40,814 nucleotides of DNA from Alphaproteobacteria bacterium (GTDB taxonomy: Bacteria; Pseudomonadota; Alphaproteobacteria; Rs-D84): assembly GCA_017451625.1 (NCBI GenBank), contig JAFTNY010000014.1, positions 1 to 40,814 on the forward strand, in the 5' to 3' direction. Position numbers and translations under genes: made by a program. The notes below the pieces were generated by a model that had not been told where the DNA came from, made no database searches, and saw only the letters and a list, made by a program, of their open reading frames with translations. Of the stretch, positions 26,689-36,787 are shown in pieces; position 1 is the stretch's first letter; each line of letters opens with the position of its first letter.

Positions 26689-27366
26689 ATGCTGGAAATA
26701 AAAAATCTGACCGTACATTTTGGCGACCAAGAACTATTATCAGACATCAATTTGCACGTCAAAACTGGCGAACGTCATTTGTTGGCTGGACATAACGGTT
26801 CTGGCAAATCTACATTGGCCCAGACAATCGCTGGCGCACCGGAATACACAATCACATCTGGGAAAATAATATTCAACGGCCGCGACATCACAGACGAAAA
26901 CGCAACAACACGCGCACTGTTGGGCATCTTTCTGGGGGCCCAGCACGTACCTGAAATCGCCGGACTTACCGTTGTCAGTTTCTTGAAACACTCCTGTGCT
27001 GCGCACGCACATTTCAACACAGGGCGCGAACTCGCCATGGGCGATTTCCTGCAATCATTGGAATCTGCCCGCGAACAATTAAATATTCCACGCGAATGGT
27101 TGAACCGCAGTATAAACGTTGGCTTCTCTGGTGGCGAACGCAAACGCATAATGTTGCTGCGCCTGCTGATGACGCAGCCAAAACAGGCCATTTTAGACGA
27201 ACCTGATTCTGGGGCCGACACCGAAACCCAGCAATTAATTGCACACACAATCGCATCTATGCCAGACACAACATTTTTGTTCATATCACACCAATCTGCA
27301 TTCACAGATATGATTGCACCCACCACAACAACAACTTTATCCGGTGGGAAAATTATGATAAAATAA
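26689..27366 (+). CDS. sufC: Fe-S cluster assembly ATPase SufC
   Basis: ATG 26689 (MLEIKNL); GHNGSGKST, RSINVGFSGGERKR, ILDEPDSG; follows sufB. Confidence 0.9.
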   Translation: MLEIKNLTVHFGDQELLSDINLHVKTGERHLLAGHNGSGKSTLAQTIAGAPEYTITSGKIIFNGRDITDENATTRALLGIFLGAQHVPEIAGLTVVSFLKHSCAAHAHFNTGRELAMGDFLQSLESAREQLNIPREWLNRSINVGFSGGERKRIMLLRLLMTQPKQAILDEPDSGADTETQQLIAHTIASMPDTTFLFISHQSAFTDMIAPTTTTTLSGGKIMIK

Positions 27367-27390
27367 ACACATCAGACACAGGGGGATATA

Positions 27391-28320
27391 ATGCCAAACA
27401 AAACTAATTCAAAATTATCAACTTGGTTATTTTGGTCGCCTTTAAAGTTCGCATTTATGTCATTGGGAATCATGTTGACCGCCGCCTTTATTTTCAGTAT
27501 TGTTGCCAGTACTTTTTATACCAACACCACCCTGCCACAAACACCAATGTTAATAATATTAGTATTGGGCATATGCCTTGGTGCCATAATCCAAATTCGC
27601 AAATTACCCACAGATAAAATGGATCGCCAATCATTTATTGCATTACACAACGGCCAAACAATTATCTTGTCTTTGGCATTTATGATTGCGTCGTATTTGA
27701 TATTTGTTAATTACCAACAAATCATGTTTTCTATGCTGATAATGGAAACAAATTCATCGGTATCATTTTTAATGATATTAATTATTGCCGCCCTGTTCTA
27801 TCTGTATCTAACCGGACTGGCAATTGCAAACATTTACGCCAAATTCCGCCGTATACGCGAATTTGATGTCCCAACATGGAAGATTATTTTCAGCATGCCA
27901 TTTGGTTTTTCTGGTCTGTGGACGGCGGGCTATCTGTTAAACACCCCCACACAAAAACAGACCACTATTCAAATCAACTCAAAATGGTATTCTGCATGGA
28001 CCAAATGGGTTATATCACGTCCTGCGACAACAATCGCAACATTTATCGTGATTACAATACTGTCTGGATTTTTCTTTGGCTTTAACGCAGTGTTATTGAC
28101 CTTCTCGCTGGCATTAATATTTGGCATTTGGACATTACAGATTGGCAGCCGTCAATTTACAAAAACAGTTCCAACAAAATACGCCACCACCACCGTTATA
28201 ATAAATATCACGCTGCTGGTTATCTTTCTGGGCTTTCGCGCCTTGGTCCCACCAACCACCCAGAACGTCCAAATAAATATCACAGATACAGAAATCATTA
28301 CCACAGACACAGGGGAATAA
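27391..28320 (+). CDS. Multi-pass membrane protein, unknown function
   Basis: About 8 hydrophobic segments; GGGG RBS. Confidence 0.75.
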   Translation: MPNKTNSKLSTWLFWSPLKFAFMSLGIMLTAAFIFSIVASTFYTNTTLPQTPMLIILVLGICLGAIIQIRKLPTDKMDRQSFIALHNGQTIILSLAFMIASYLIFVNYQQIMFSMLIMETNSSVSFLMILIIAALFYLYLTGLAIANIYAKFRRIREFDVPTWKIIFSMPFGFSGLWTAGYLLNTPTQKQTTIQINSKWYSAWTKWVISRPATTIATFIVITILSGFFFGFNAVLLTFSLALIFGIWTLQIGSRQFTKTVPTKYATTTVIINITLLVIFLGFRALVPPTTQNVQINITDTEIITTDTGE

Positions 28321-28326
28321 AAACAA

Positions 28327-29370
28327 ATGAACGGATTAATTCTATTCGCAGGTCTTGTTTTCTTTTTATGGATTGCGCGTTCAATCCTGATTCCATTGTT
28401 GATTGCTGCTTTTTTATGGTACCTGATGAACGCCATTTCAGATTACTATCGTCGTGCCATGCCGCACAAATCGCCAACCGATTGTCGTACCAAAATTTGG
28501 TCGCGAATTTTTGATTGGATCGCCCACATTGCAACACTGGCCACAGTATGCTTGGTTGTCTATCTGTTTGCGACACAAATTCGCCCTATGTTTTCAGAAC
28601 TGGCAATGGTCCTGCCAACAATCCAAGAAAAATTGGTAAACTTTGGCACATATCTGTCCGAATCCATTGGAATAAAATTTGATACAAACATGATACCAAA
28701 CATCACCAAAATCGCTGCAAACATCGGTTCTTCTGTGGCCGGCATTGCGGCATCATTCGGCATGGTATTGGTCTATATGACATTCATGTTCGTCGAACAA
28801 AGCACATTTAATCGTAAATTTTCAGCGATGTTCCCATCCAAACGCCAATCAAAAAAGATGCGTTATATTCTGGACAGTATCGACACCAACATGAAGAAAT
28901 ACTTGTTCGTAAAAACATCCATTTCCGCCATTACTGGTATTGCATCATTTATCTGGCTGCAACTAATCGGCGTTGAATTTGCAGGCATCTGGGCATTTAT
29001 CGTATTTATCACCAGTTATATCCCAACAATCGGCGCCATCGTTGCATGTACACTGCCGATACTATATTCACTGGTATCTGCCCCAACGTTGCAACAACCA
29101 ATCCTGACCGCCATTGGTTTAATTGCCATGCAAATTTTATTTGGCAATATTATCGAACCAAAGTTGACCGGAAAAACATTAAACCTGTCAACACTGGCAA
29201 TATTAATAAACTTGGTATTCTGGGGCATGATATGGGGCGTTGCAGGCATGTTCTTTAGCGTACCAATGTTGGTTGCAATATTTATCATTTGCGCCCAGTT
29301 TGACACCACACGCCCAATTGCCATCCTGCTGTCGGCGGACGGCAACATTCCCGACAAAAACGAAGAATAA
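28327..29370 (+). CDS. AI-2E (PerM) family transporter
   Basis: LIPLLIA, SYIPTIGAI, GNIIEPKLTG, FWGMIWGVAGMFFSVP. Confidence 0.9.
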   Translation: MNGLILFAGLVFFLWIARSILIPLLIAAFLWYLMNAISDYYRRAMPHKSPTDCRTKIWSRIFDWIAHIATLATVCLVVYLFATQIRPMFSELAMVLPTIQEKLVNFGTYLSESIGIKFDTNMIPNITKIAANIGSSVAGIAASFGMVLVYMTFMFVEQSTFNRKFSAMFPSKRQSKKMRYILDSIDTNMKKYLFVKTSISAITGIASFIWLQLIGVEFAGIWAFIVFITSYIPTIGAIVACTLPILYSLVSAPTLQQPILTAIGLIAMQILFGNIIEPKLTGKTLNLSTLAILINLVFWGMIWGVAGMFFSVPMLVAIFIICAQFDTTRPIAILLSADGNIPDKNEE

Positions 29371-29387
29371 AAAACGTTCTATACGAA

Positions 29388-29424
29388 TAAAAACCGGACT
29401 TTTTTTATCAAACAGTCCGGTTTA
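29388..29424. terminator. Bidirectional terminator overlapping the ruvX stop
   Basis: AAACCGGACT...AGTCCGGTTT. Confidence 0.65.
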
Positions 29425-29860
29425 TTATTGCAATCGCATTTTCCAATATCACACGCGCAGATTCAGAATCCAACCGTTCTTTCAGTTCACGCACCCGCAC
29501 CCGCCCCATACTTTCTTGGGCCGCCGCAGATGTTAAGTTTTCTTCAACAGTACAAATCGGCAAATCTGTTTGCGTTGCCAAATTGCTTATAAAATCACGC
29601 ACCTGTCTTGTTGTGTCCGATTCCGCCCCATCTGGATATAACGGCAACCCAACCACAATACCTGCGACATTTTCTTGTGCCGCCAACTGTGCAACCAAAC
29701 CCGCATGATTATTTGCACCACGTGGCAAAACAATCGCATCGCGAACAAAAACAAAATCATGCCCTGCATCAGATACCGCCACGCCAACACGACGCAGTCC
29801 CCAATCAACCCCCAAAATGCGCCCATCACGCGGAAAACCCTTGAAATCTGGCAAAATCAT
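29408..29860 (-). CDS. ruvX: Holliday junction resolvase-like RuvX/YqgF
   Basis: ILGVDWGLRRVGVAVSD, IVVGLP, EENLTS, LDSESARVIL; divergent from gatCAB. Confidence 0.92.
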   Translation of the reverse strand: MILPDFKGFPRDGRILGVDWGLRRVGVAVSDAGHDFVFVRDAIVLPRGANNHAGLVAQLAAQENVAGIVVGLPLYPDGAESDTTRQVRDFISNLATQTDLPICTVEENLTSAAAQESMGRVRVRELKERLDSESARVILENAIAIINRTV

Positions 29861-29897
29861 TGTATAATCCCTTTACTTTTTAAATATAGGATTGAAA

Positions 29898-30194
29898 ATG
29901 GCATTTAGCAAGCAACAATTACAAAAATTCGCAGATCTGATAAGAATTGAAATCTCTGACGAAAAATTGGCAGAAATGAACATTGATTCTGTGGTTGAAT
30001 GGCTGGACAAATTGCAAAAAATCGACACCACTGGCATCACCCCATTATTAAACCCATCAGAACACAAATTGCCACAACGCGACGACGTTGTCAGCGACGG
30101 CAACATTCGTGATCTGGTCTTGGCCAACACCCCAGACAACGCCGGCACATCACGCGGCTATTTCGCAGTACCCAAGGTTATGGACGGAGAATAA
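29898..30194 (+). CDS. gatC: Asp/Glu-tRNA amidotransferase subunit C
   Basis: IDTTGITP, RDDVVSDG, VLANTP, GYFAVPKV; precedes gatA. Confidence 0.9.
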   Translation: MAFSKQQLQKFADLIRIEISDEKLAEMNIDSVVEWLDKLQKIDTTGITPLLNPSEHKLPQRDDVVSDGNIRDLVLANTPDNAGTSRGYFAVPKVMDGE

Positions 30195-30198
30195 AGAC

Positions 30199-31665
30199 AT
30201 GATTAACTTAACACTGACTGAAAGCTTACAAAAATTAAACAATCGCGAAATTTCTGCGGTGGAATTGACGCGCGCTTATTTGGAACGCATTGAAAAATAT
30301 GGCACAGACCTAAATTGCTATATCACAATCACACCGGAACGCGCCATGGCTGATGCGGCCGCATCTGATGCACGCCGCAGCGCAGGTGATGCCAAATTCT
30401 TGGACGGCGCGCCAATCGCGATGAAGGATTTATTTGCAACGCGCGGTATTCGCACAACGGCCGCATCACGCATGTTGGAAAATTTTGTACCCGAATATGA
30501 ATCAACTGTTTCCCAAAAATTCATCGATGCCGGTACTGTTTTATTGGGCAAGGCAAATCTGGACGAATTCGCCATGGGCACATTCAGCAAGACATCATTC
30601 TTTGGTGCACCAATCAATCCATGGCAACTGGACAAACAATTAACCGCCGGCGGTTCATCAGGCGGTTCAACATCGGCCGTTGCATCTGGATTGGCCATCG
30701 CCGCAACCGGCACCGACACAGGCGGTTCAATTCGATTCCCTGCAGCCATCACTGGCATGGTTGGGATGAAGCCAACATACGGCCTGTGTTCACGCTGGGG
30801 TTGCGTTGCATTTGCGTCCAGTCTGGACACCCCTGGGCCAATTGCACGCACCGTTGATGATGCGGCGTTAATGCTGTCCGCAATGGCGGGGCACGATCCC
30901 AAAGATTCAACGAGTAGCACAAACGATTTCACATGCACCGCACCACTGACACCAATTTTGGGCGACGGCAAAAAATTACGCATTGGTGTCATCAAAGAAT
31001 TTACCGACGTTAAAATTTCAGACGACATGAAAACATTGTTTGAAAAACGCATTTCTGATTTAAAATCCATGGGTGCAGAAATCGTCGAAGTATCAATTCC
31101 AAATATCTTGGATGCATTGGCGGCATACTACATCATCGCACCGGCCGAGGCATCATCAAACCTTGCCCGCTATGATGGCATGCGCTATGGCCTGCGCGTC
31201 GAAGGTTCTGATTTAATCGACACATATAAAAAGACCCGCGCCGCCGGCTTTGGCGACGAAGTAAAACGCCGTATGATTATCGGCACCGCCGTATTAAGCA
31301 GCGAATCCTATGACGTATACTTTATGCAGGCCGCACGTGTTCGTCGCATGATTTCGGACAGTTTTTCATCCGCATTTGAACAATGCGATTTAATCGTATG
31401 TCCATCCAGTGCCGGCACCGCCATGCCATTGGCATCCGACCTGAGCCCACTGGAATATTACGCATTGGATTTATTTACGGTTGCAATGAACTTGGCCGGC
31501 ATTCCTGCGTGCAGTGTTCCATGCGGTCTGGCAACAAACGGCCTGCCACTGGGGATGCAGGTGGTTGGCCCACGCTTTGACGACATGCGCGTTTTGCAAC
31601 TGGCCAAGCATATCGAAACCGCGGCAAACATTGACAACCGCCCAACAACAATAATGGGGAAATAG
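30199..31665 (+). CDS. gatA: Asp/Glu-tRNA amidotransferase subunit A
   Basis: ATG 30199; amidase signature GGSSGGS, GTDTGGSIR, EASSNLARYDG, EVKRRMIIG. Confidence 0.97.
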   Translation: MINLTLTESLQKLNNREISAVELTRAYLERIEKYGTDLNCYITITPERAMADAAASDARRSAGDAKFLDGAPIAMKDLFATRGIRTTAASRMLENFVPEYESTVSQKFIDAGTVLLGKANLDEFAMGTFSKTSFFGAPINPWQLDKQLTAGGSSGGSTSAVASGLAIAATGTDTGGSIRFPAAITGMVGMKPTYGLCSRWGCVAFASSLDTPGPIARTVDDAALMLSAMAGHDPKDSTSSTNDFTCTAPLTPILGDGKKLRIGVIKEFTDVKISDDMKTLFEKRISDLKSMGAEIVEVSIPNILDALAAYYIIAPAEASSNLARYDGMRYGLRVEGSDLIDTYKKTRAAGFGDEVKRRMIIGTAVLSSESYDVYFMQAARVRRMISDSFSSAFEQCDLIVCPSSAGTAMPLASDLSPLEYYALDLFTVAMNLAGIPACSVPCGLATNGLPLGMQVVGPRFDDMRVLQLAKHIETAANIDNRPTTIMGK

Positions 31666-31734
31666 AAAAAATGAATTTTCGCACCATCTCTTTCTGCAAT
31701 AAAAAAACGACCACAACGGTCGCCAGAAAGGAGA

Positions 31735-31810
31735 TGGTGGCTAGGGACGGAATCGAACCGCCGACACAGGGATTTTCAGTCCCTTGCTCTACCAACTGAG
31801 CTACCTAGCC
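31735..31810 (-). tRNA. tRNA-Phe (GAA)
   Basis: GGCTAGGTAGCTCAGTTGGTAGAGCAAGGGACTGAAAATCCCTGTGTCGGCGGTTCGATTCCGTCCCTAGCCACCA; 76 nt with encoded CCA. Confidence 0.97.
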
Positions 31811-31865
31811 AACGCGACGACAATATTAAGATACAAAAAATAAAAAAGCAAGGGAAAAAGATAAA

Positions 31866-33386
31866 ATGTTTACAATAAAAGGCAAAACAGGTGATTGGGA
31901 ATTGGTAATCGGGCTGGAAACCCATATCGAAGTATTGTCCAATTCAAAATTATTCAGCGGCGCATCTGCCGACTATAACCCCAGTGTTGCACCAAACACA
32001 CAGGTATCAATGGTTGATGTCGCAATGCCTGGGATGTTGCCTGTATTAAACACATACTGCGTCGAACAGGCAATCAAAATGGGGCTGGGGCTGAACGCCG
32101 AAATATCACGACACAGTTCCTTTGCGCGCAAACAATACTTCTACCCTGACCTGCCCCAAGGGTATCAGATTTCTCAACCTGCCGATGTACCACCGGTTGT
32201 TGGTCGTGGCTGGGTTGAAATCATGGGCGACGATGGTCAACCTAAAAAAATCCTGATTGAACGCGCCCACTTGGAACAAGATGCCGGTAAATTAAAGCAC
32301 GACGTACACCCAACCAAATCATTTGCCGACTATAACCGCACAGGGGTCGCACTGCTGGAAATCGTAACATATTTAAACACCAAGGATCCAGACAGCAACT
32401 CATACATATCATCCCCCGACGCAGCCGAACGCTATCTGCGTGAAATTCGCGAAATTGCACGCGCACTGGGCGTATCCAAGGCCAACATGGAAGAAGGTTC
32501 TATGCGTGCAGACGTGAACGTTTCTGTACGTCGTGTTGGTGAAAAGACATTCCGCACACGCACCGAAACCAAAAACATGGTATCATTTAAATTCATCAAA
32601 TCCGCCATCGAGTACGAGGCCCGTCGCCAAATCGAAATCTATGAAAACGGTGGCACCGTATCACAGGACACAATGCGCTATCACCAAGACGATGGCACAA
32701 CATCGGTAATGCGTTCCAAAGAAGATGCATTGGACTATCGCTATTTCCCAGATCCCGATTTGCTGCCACTGGAAATTTCTGACGAACAAATCGAACGCAT
32801 CCGTCGCACAATGCCGGAATTACCATCTGCGACCCGCGCGCGCTATACGGCGGATTTCGGCCTATCTGAATATGACGCGGCTCGTCTAACAGAAAACACC
32901 GACATCTCGCGCTGGTTTGATACTGCGGTGGCAGGCAACGCAAAACGCGCCAAATCTATTGCGAACTGGATGATTTCTGAACTGTTTGCACACCCAGAAA
33001 ATTGGGATGTAAAAAATGAAAAATCTGGCATCATTGATGGCATGCGCATTATCACGCCATCTGATTTATCAGAATTGGTTGAAATGCTGTCAGACAATAC
33101 AATTAACGGCAAACAGGCCAAAGAAATCTTTATCAAAATGCTGGACGGCGAATCGGGCACCCCACGCGAAATCGCAGATAAATTCGGCATGAAGCAAATG
33201 ACCGACACCGGCGCAATAGCGGCAATTATCGACGAAGTTATCGCCGCCAATCCATCACAGGTTGAACAATATAAATCTGGCAAGGTGGGATTGCTGGGCT
33301 TCTTTGTAGGTAATGTTATGAAGAAAACCGGCGGCACCGCAAATCCAGCGGTTGTAAATGAAATCTTGCGTAAAAAACTGGCATAA
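31866..33386 (+). CDS. gatB: Asp/Glu-tRNA amidotransferase subunit B
   Basis: VIGLETH, RKQYFYPDLPQGYQISQ, HLEQDAGK, EEGSMRADVNVS, DYRYFPDPDL, GFFVGNVMK. Confidence 0.97.
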   Translation: MFTIKGKTGDWELVIGLETHIEVLSNSKLFSGASADYNPSVAPNTQVSMVDVAMPGMLPVLNTYCVEQAIKMGLGLNAEISRHSSFARKQYFYPDLPQGYQISQPADVPPVVGRGWVEIMGDDGQPKKILIERAHLEQDAGKLKHDVHPTKSFADYNRTGVALLEIVTYLNTKDPDSNSYISSPDAAERYLREIREIARALGVSKANMEEGSMRADVNVSVRRVGEKTFRTRTETKNMVSFKFIKSAIEYEARRQIEIYENGGTVSQDTMRYHQDDGTTSVMRSKEDALDYRYFPDPDLLPLEISDEQIERIRRTMPELPSATRARYTADFGLSEYDAARLTENTDISRWFDTAVAGNAKRAKSIANWMISELFAHPENWDVKNEKSGIIDGMRIITPSDLSELVEMLSDNTINGKQAKEIFIKMLDGESGTPREIADKFGMKQMTDTGAIAAIIDEVIAANPSQVEQYKSGKVGLLGFFVGNVMKKTGGTANPAVVNEILRKKLA

Positions 33387-33405
33387 CTAACAAAAAGGAA
33401 AAAAC

Positions 33406-33648
33406 ATGGCAAAAGTAATCGGTATTATCGAAGACAATTCTATCACCGGTGTCAAATACGGCACAGTTGAAATCCCTGACACAGGAATCGTCGAAACACA
33501 TACAAAAATGGTTCAACGAACAACCACACATCCAACTGTTGCGACACAACAATCACCCAAAATCAAACAACCTGCCCGCACTTGGCAAAACAAAATGTCT
33601 GCAACAAAAAAACAAATACTAGATCAACAACGCACCAAACAAAAATAA
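33406..33648 (+). CDS. Small hypothetical protein (ends ...RTKQK)
   Basis: AAGGA RBS before the ATG; fills the gap after gatB. Confidence 0.65.
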   Translation: MAKVIGIIEDNSITGVKYGTVEIPDTGIVETHTKMVQRTTTHPTVATQQSPKIKQPARTWQNKMSATKKQILDQQRTKQK

Positions 33649-33650
33649 AA

Positions 33651-33821
33651 ATGTACAGTTCACTAAAACGAATTTTGCGTTCAATGGCGCACAGCGAAGC
33701 CATGTCTAAAATCCATTCCCAAGAATGGAACGCGCGTATGCGTGCATGTCGTCGTGCATTTGATACAGCAACTGCACGACGGTTAAAACATCTACGCAAT
33801 GAAAATACCAAGCACAAATAA
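33651..33821 (+). CDS. Small basic hypothetical protein (56 aa, ends ...NTKHK)
   Basis: ATG 2 nt after the previous stop and stop 3 nt before miaB; tight operon packing. Confidence 0.5.
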   Translation: MYSSLKRILRSMAHSEAMSKIHSQEWNARMRACRRAFDTATARRLKHLRNENTKHK

Positions 33822-33824
33822 CAG

Positions 33825-35126
33825 ATGACAATGAAAAAATTCTTTATCCAAACTTTTGGCTGTCAAATGAACGTTTACGACGGCCTGCGTATTGCTGCAA
33901 TGTTGGAACATCATGGTCTTGTCCAAACAGATAATGTTTCCGACGCAGATATAATCATATTGAACACATGCGCCGTTCGTGCCAAGGCAACCGATAAAGT
34001 ATTTTCTGCATTGGGGCGCATTCGTCGTGCCAAGCGTCCCAATGCCCTATTCGGCATTGTTGGATGCGTCGCCCGCGAAGCGGGTGCAACCGCATTTCGT
34101 CGCATTCCCGATTTAAACTTTGTACTGGGGCCACAATCATATCATAAACTGCCCCAGATTCTGGACAACCCAGATGCAAAATTATTAAACATCGACCTTG
34201 GCGGACTGGAAAAGTTTGATGAACTGCCCCAAATGGAACGCAGTCCACGCGTCGCCTACATCCCCATCCAAGAAGGTTGCAATCACGTCTGCACATATTG
34301 CATCGTACCATACACACGCGGCCGCGAATTATCGCGTCCATTTAATGACTGCCTGCGCGAAACATTACACGCCGCAAAAACCGGTGCGATTGAAATTTGC
34401 TTTTTGGGTCAAAACGTTAATGGGTACAAATACACCGATGAAAACGGCCATACATTTCGCCTGTCAGATCTAATTCGTGAAACCGCAAAAATCCCAGAAA
34501 TCCATCGTATACGCTTTACATCCAGTTATCCAACCGAAATGACTGATGACCTGATTGACATGTTCCGCACAGAACCAAAGTTGTTGCCATTTTTAAACAT
34601 GCCAATCCAAAGTGGTTCACAAAATGTACTGTCGCGGATGAACCGTCCATATTCATTGGAACTGTACACAAATATCATTGATAAATTACGCGCTGCACGT
34701 CCAGACATCCAGATTTCATCTGACTTTATTGTCGGATTCCCAGACGAATCAGATGATGATTTTGAACAAACAATGAATATTGCCGACCGCATCAGATATA
34801 TCAATTCATATTCATTTAAATATTCGCCACGTCCACATACCGCGGCCGCCCTGATGCCAAATCAAATTCCTGAAAATATCAAGGCCGCACGTTTGGCAAA
34901 ATTAGACACACGCCTGAATGAAATCCAGCGTGAATTTAACGAAAGTTGCATTGATAAAACATTTGAATGCCTGCTAGAAGGGCCCGACAAAACCGGTCGC
35001 CATTTGGTATATCGCACACCATTTATGCAGCAATGCATTGTACCGACATGTGCAGATGCACCCGCATTGGCAATGATAAAAATTACCGCCGCGAACAAGG
35101 CATCGCTGCGTGGGAAATTTGCTTAA
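33825..35126 (+). CDS. miaB: tRNA methylthiotransferase MiaB
   Basis: TFGCQMNVYD, LNTCAVR, QEGCNHVCTYCIVP radical-SAM motif, LGQNVN, SSDFIVGFP, SFKYSPRP. Confidence 0.95.
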   Translation: MTMKKFFIQTFGCQMNVYDGLRIAAMLEHHGLVQTDNVSDADIIILNTCAVRAKATDKVFSALGRIRRAKRPNALFGIVGCVAREAGATAFRRIPDLNFVLGPQSYHKLPQILDNPDAKLLNIDLGGLEKFDELPQMERSPRVAYIPIQEGCNHVCTYCIVPYTRGRELSRPFNDCLRETLHAAKTGAIEICFLGQNVNGYKYTDENGHTFRLSDLIRETAKIPEIHRIRFTSSYPTEMTDDLIDMFRTEPKLLPFLNMPIQSGSQNVLSRMNRPYSLELYTNIIDKLRAARPDIQISSDFIVGFPDESDDDFEQTMNIADRIRYINSYSFKYSPRPHTAAALMPNQIPENIKAARLAKLDTRLNEIQREFNESCIDKTFECLLEGPDKTGRHLVYRTPFMQQCIVPTCADAPALAMIKITAANKASLRGKFA

Positions 35127-35138
35127 ATTAAAATAACT

Positions 35139-36680
35139 TTAAAACCATAACCTGACGGTGGCAGATAATTTATATGCCACCGTATTATTATTGTGCATTA
35201 TACCAATTCCAATATCACCACCTGCCCTGTCATATTCAGACCAAAATCCAACCCTGCCCATCAGAACCGATTCGCCACCTGTATTCACCACCAAATTTGC
35301 ACCATAATTATACTGAATCCCCAGCATGTTAAATTTATACCCAATCCCTGCGCCACCACGTACAAACACATCCATATCTGTTAAATCTGCAATACTGTAA
35401 ATTGCCGCATCAATTCCAATATATGGCGCAAAATACAAATCATCAGACACATTAAAAACATAGCCAACATCTGCAACACCATCGCCATAGAACACATCCG
35501 GATTATGATATACCGCACCATCATACATCACATCCCCAATATCAAATGCCACAGAATTTACCGTAATCGTACTGCGAATAAAAGTATCATGCCCAGTATA
35601 TGCACCCGATACACCACCACCATAATATTTACCACGAAACGCATCTATATCATTATCAAAGGCCACCCCACCCACACGAACCATTGCACCAATCGACATT
35701 GCATCAGACAACCGTCCCACAACATTTGCACCAATTCCATATGCATATAAATCACCAGATGCAATTACAAACGGTATCGCCGCAACTGACGCGCCAACAT
35801 CAATTCCACGCACACCATCAAATACAAATATTTGCCGCACAACCTCTTGCAATAAATCACTATTAAACCGAACAGATGACGCCATAACAGAATGCAATTC
35901 ATTCATATCTGTTGCCACATCCAATTTTTGCATCAGCCCATGCGCCCCGCCATCTGACCGCAGCCCATTTATAAATTCCCCAACATCATCATTAAATATC
36001 TTGCGATAATCTGTTTCACGCCGGCGTTGCACATACAGATTCGAATCCCTGACCACTCCTTCGTTTACAAACATCACATCTGCATCATCTGTCAGAAATA
36101 CAACCCGCCCTTCGCCAGATACATTTGTAAAAACTGCACGATTATATACATCTGCCAAATTCGCCGTTTTCAGTTTAATTTCACCATTTATCTCGACATT
36201 ATCAATTACACCAACATCCCCAGAATCAAAATTTAAAAGCGAATCGGTTATAATAACCTTATCCGCATCCAATGCTACATTTGCCACCTGCCCCAGTGTC
36301 AAATCATTCGCCCCGTCAACCAAGACAGTAAACCCCACACCGAAATCAATCGGCGTGGCATCTTTTTCATCTGAAATGACATGAAAGATACCAGAATCCA
36401 CCCCCAAAACAAAATCCGATACCACGTCGCCAAAATTCCGAACAAACAAATCACACGAATCGCAAACCAGAATTTTTGACTGCAACGTACCGCGATTTTC
36501 TATATTAATCGTTCTGGTAATATTTATCTGATTCGGCGCAACAACAACCCCATCCGCCACCAACGCGTCTTCACCCCATGACACAGCCACACCATATACA
36601 TCTGACGACACAACGGCCCCAGATGCATTACCAGATAAACACATGCCAACCAATAATAAACAAAGGATCAAAAACTTCAT
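35139..36680 (-). CDS. Autotransporter-like outer-membrane protein
   Basis: Signal peptide, beta-rich acidic passenger-like region, helical linker, alternating Gly/aromatic strands, C-terminal VRLWF. Confidence 0.65.
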   Translation of the reverse strand: MKFLILCLLLVGMCLSGNASGAVVSSDVYGVAVSWGEDALVADGVVVAPNQINITRTINIENRGTLQSKILVCDSCDLFVRNFGDVVSDFVLGVDSGIFHVISDEKDATPIDFGVGFTVLVDGANDLTLGQVANVALDADKVIITDSLLNFDSGDVGVIDNVEINGEIKLKTANLADVYNRAVFTNVSGEGRVVFLTDDADVMFVNEGVVRDSNLYVQRRRETDYRKIFNDDVGEFINGLRSDGGAHGLMQKLDVATDMNELHSVMASSVRFNSDLLQEVVRQIFVFDGVRGIDVGASVAAIPFVIASGDLYAYGIGANVVGRLSDAMSIGAMVRVGGVAFDNDIDAFRGKYYGGGVSGAYTGHDTFIRSTITVNSVAFDIGDVMYDGAVYHNPDVFYGDGVADVGYVFNVSDDLYFAPYIGIDAAIYSIADLTDMDVFVRGGAGIGYKFNMLGIQYNYGANLVVNTGGESVLMGRVGFWSEYDRAGGDIGIGIMHNNNTVAYKLSATVRLWF

Positions 36681-36731
36681 TTCTTATCTCGAATTCACAG
36701 ATTATCACATCACCCCCATGGCTTAAAGCAC

Positions 36732-36761
36732 AAAAATTACCCCCCAGTAGAAACTGGGGGG
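36732..36761 (-). terminator. Intrinsic terminator
   Basis: CCCCCCAGT-AGAA-ACTGGGGGG with an A-rich tract on the + strand. Confidence 0.7.
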
Positions 36762-36787
36762 CATACACAATTAAATTATATTGGGAA

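Noticed and set aside
30318-31070. Long antisense ORFs in the track (e.g. 30318-31070, 13155-13823, 32843-33412, 26775-27326)
   Set aside because: They are shadow frames opposite well-supported genes, with no recognisable motifs.
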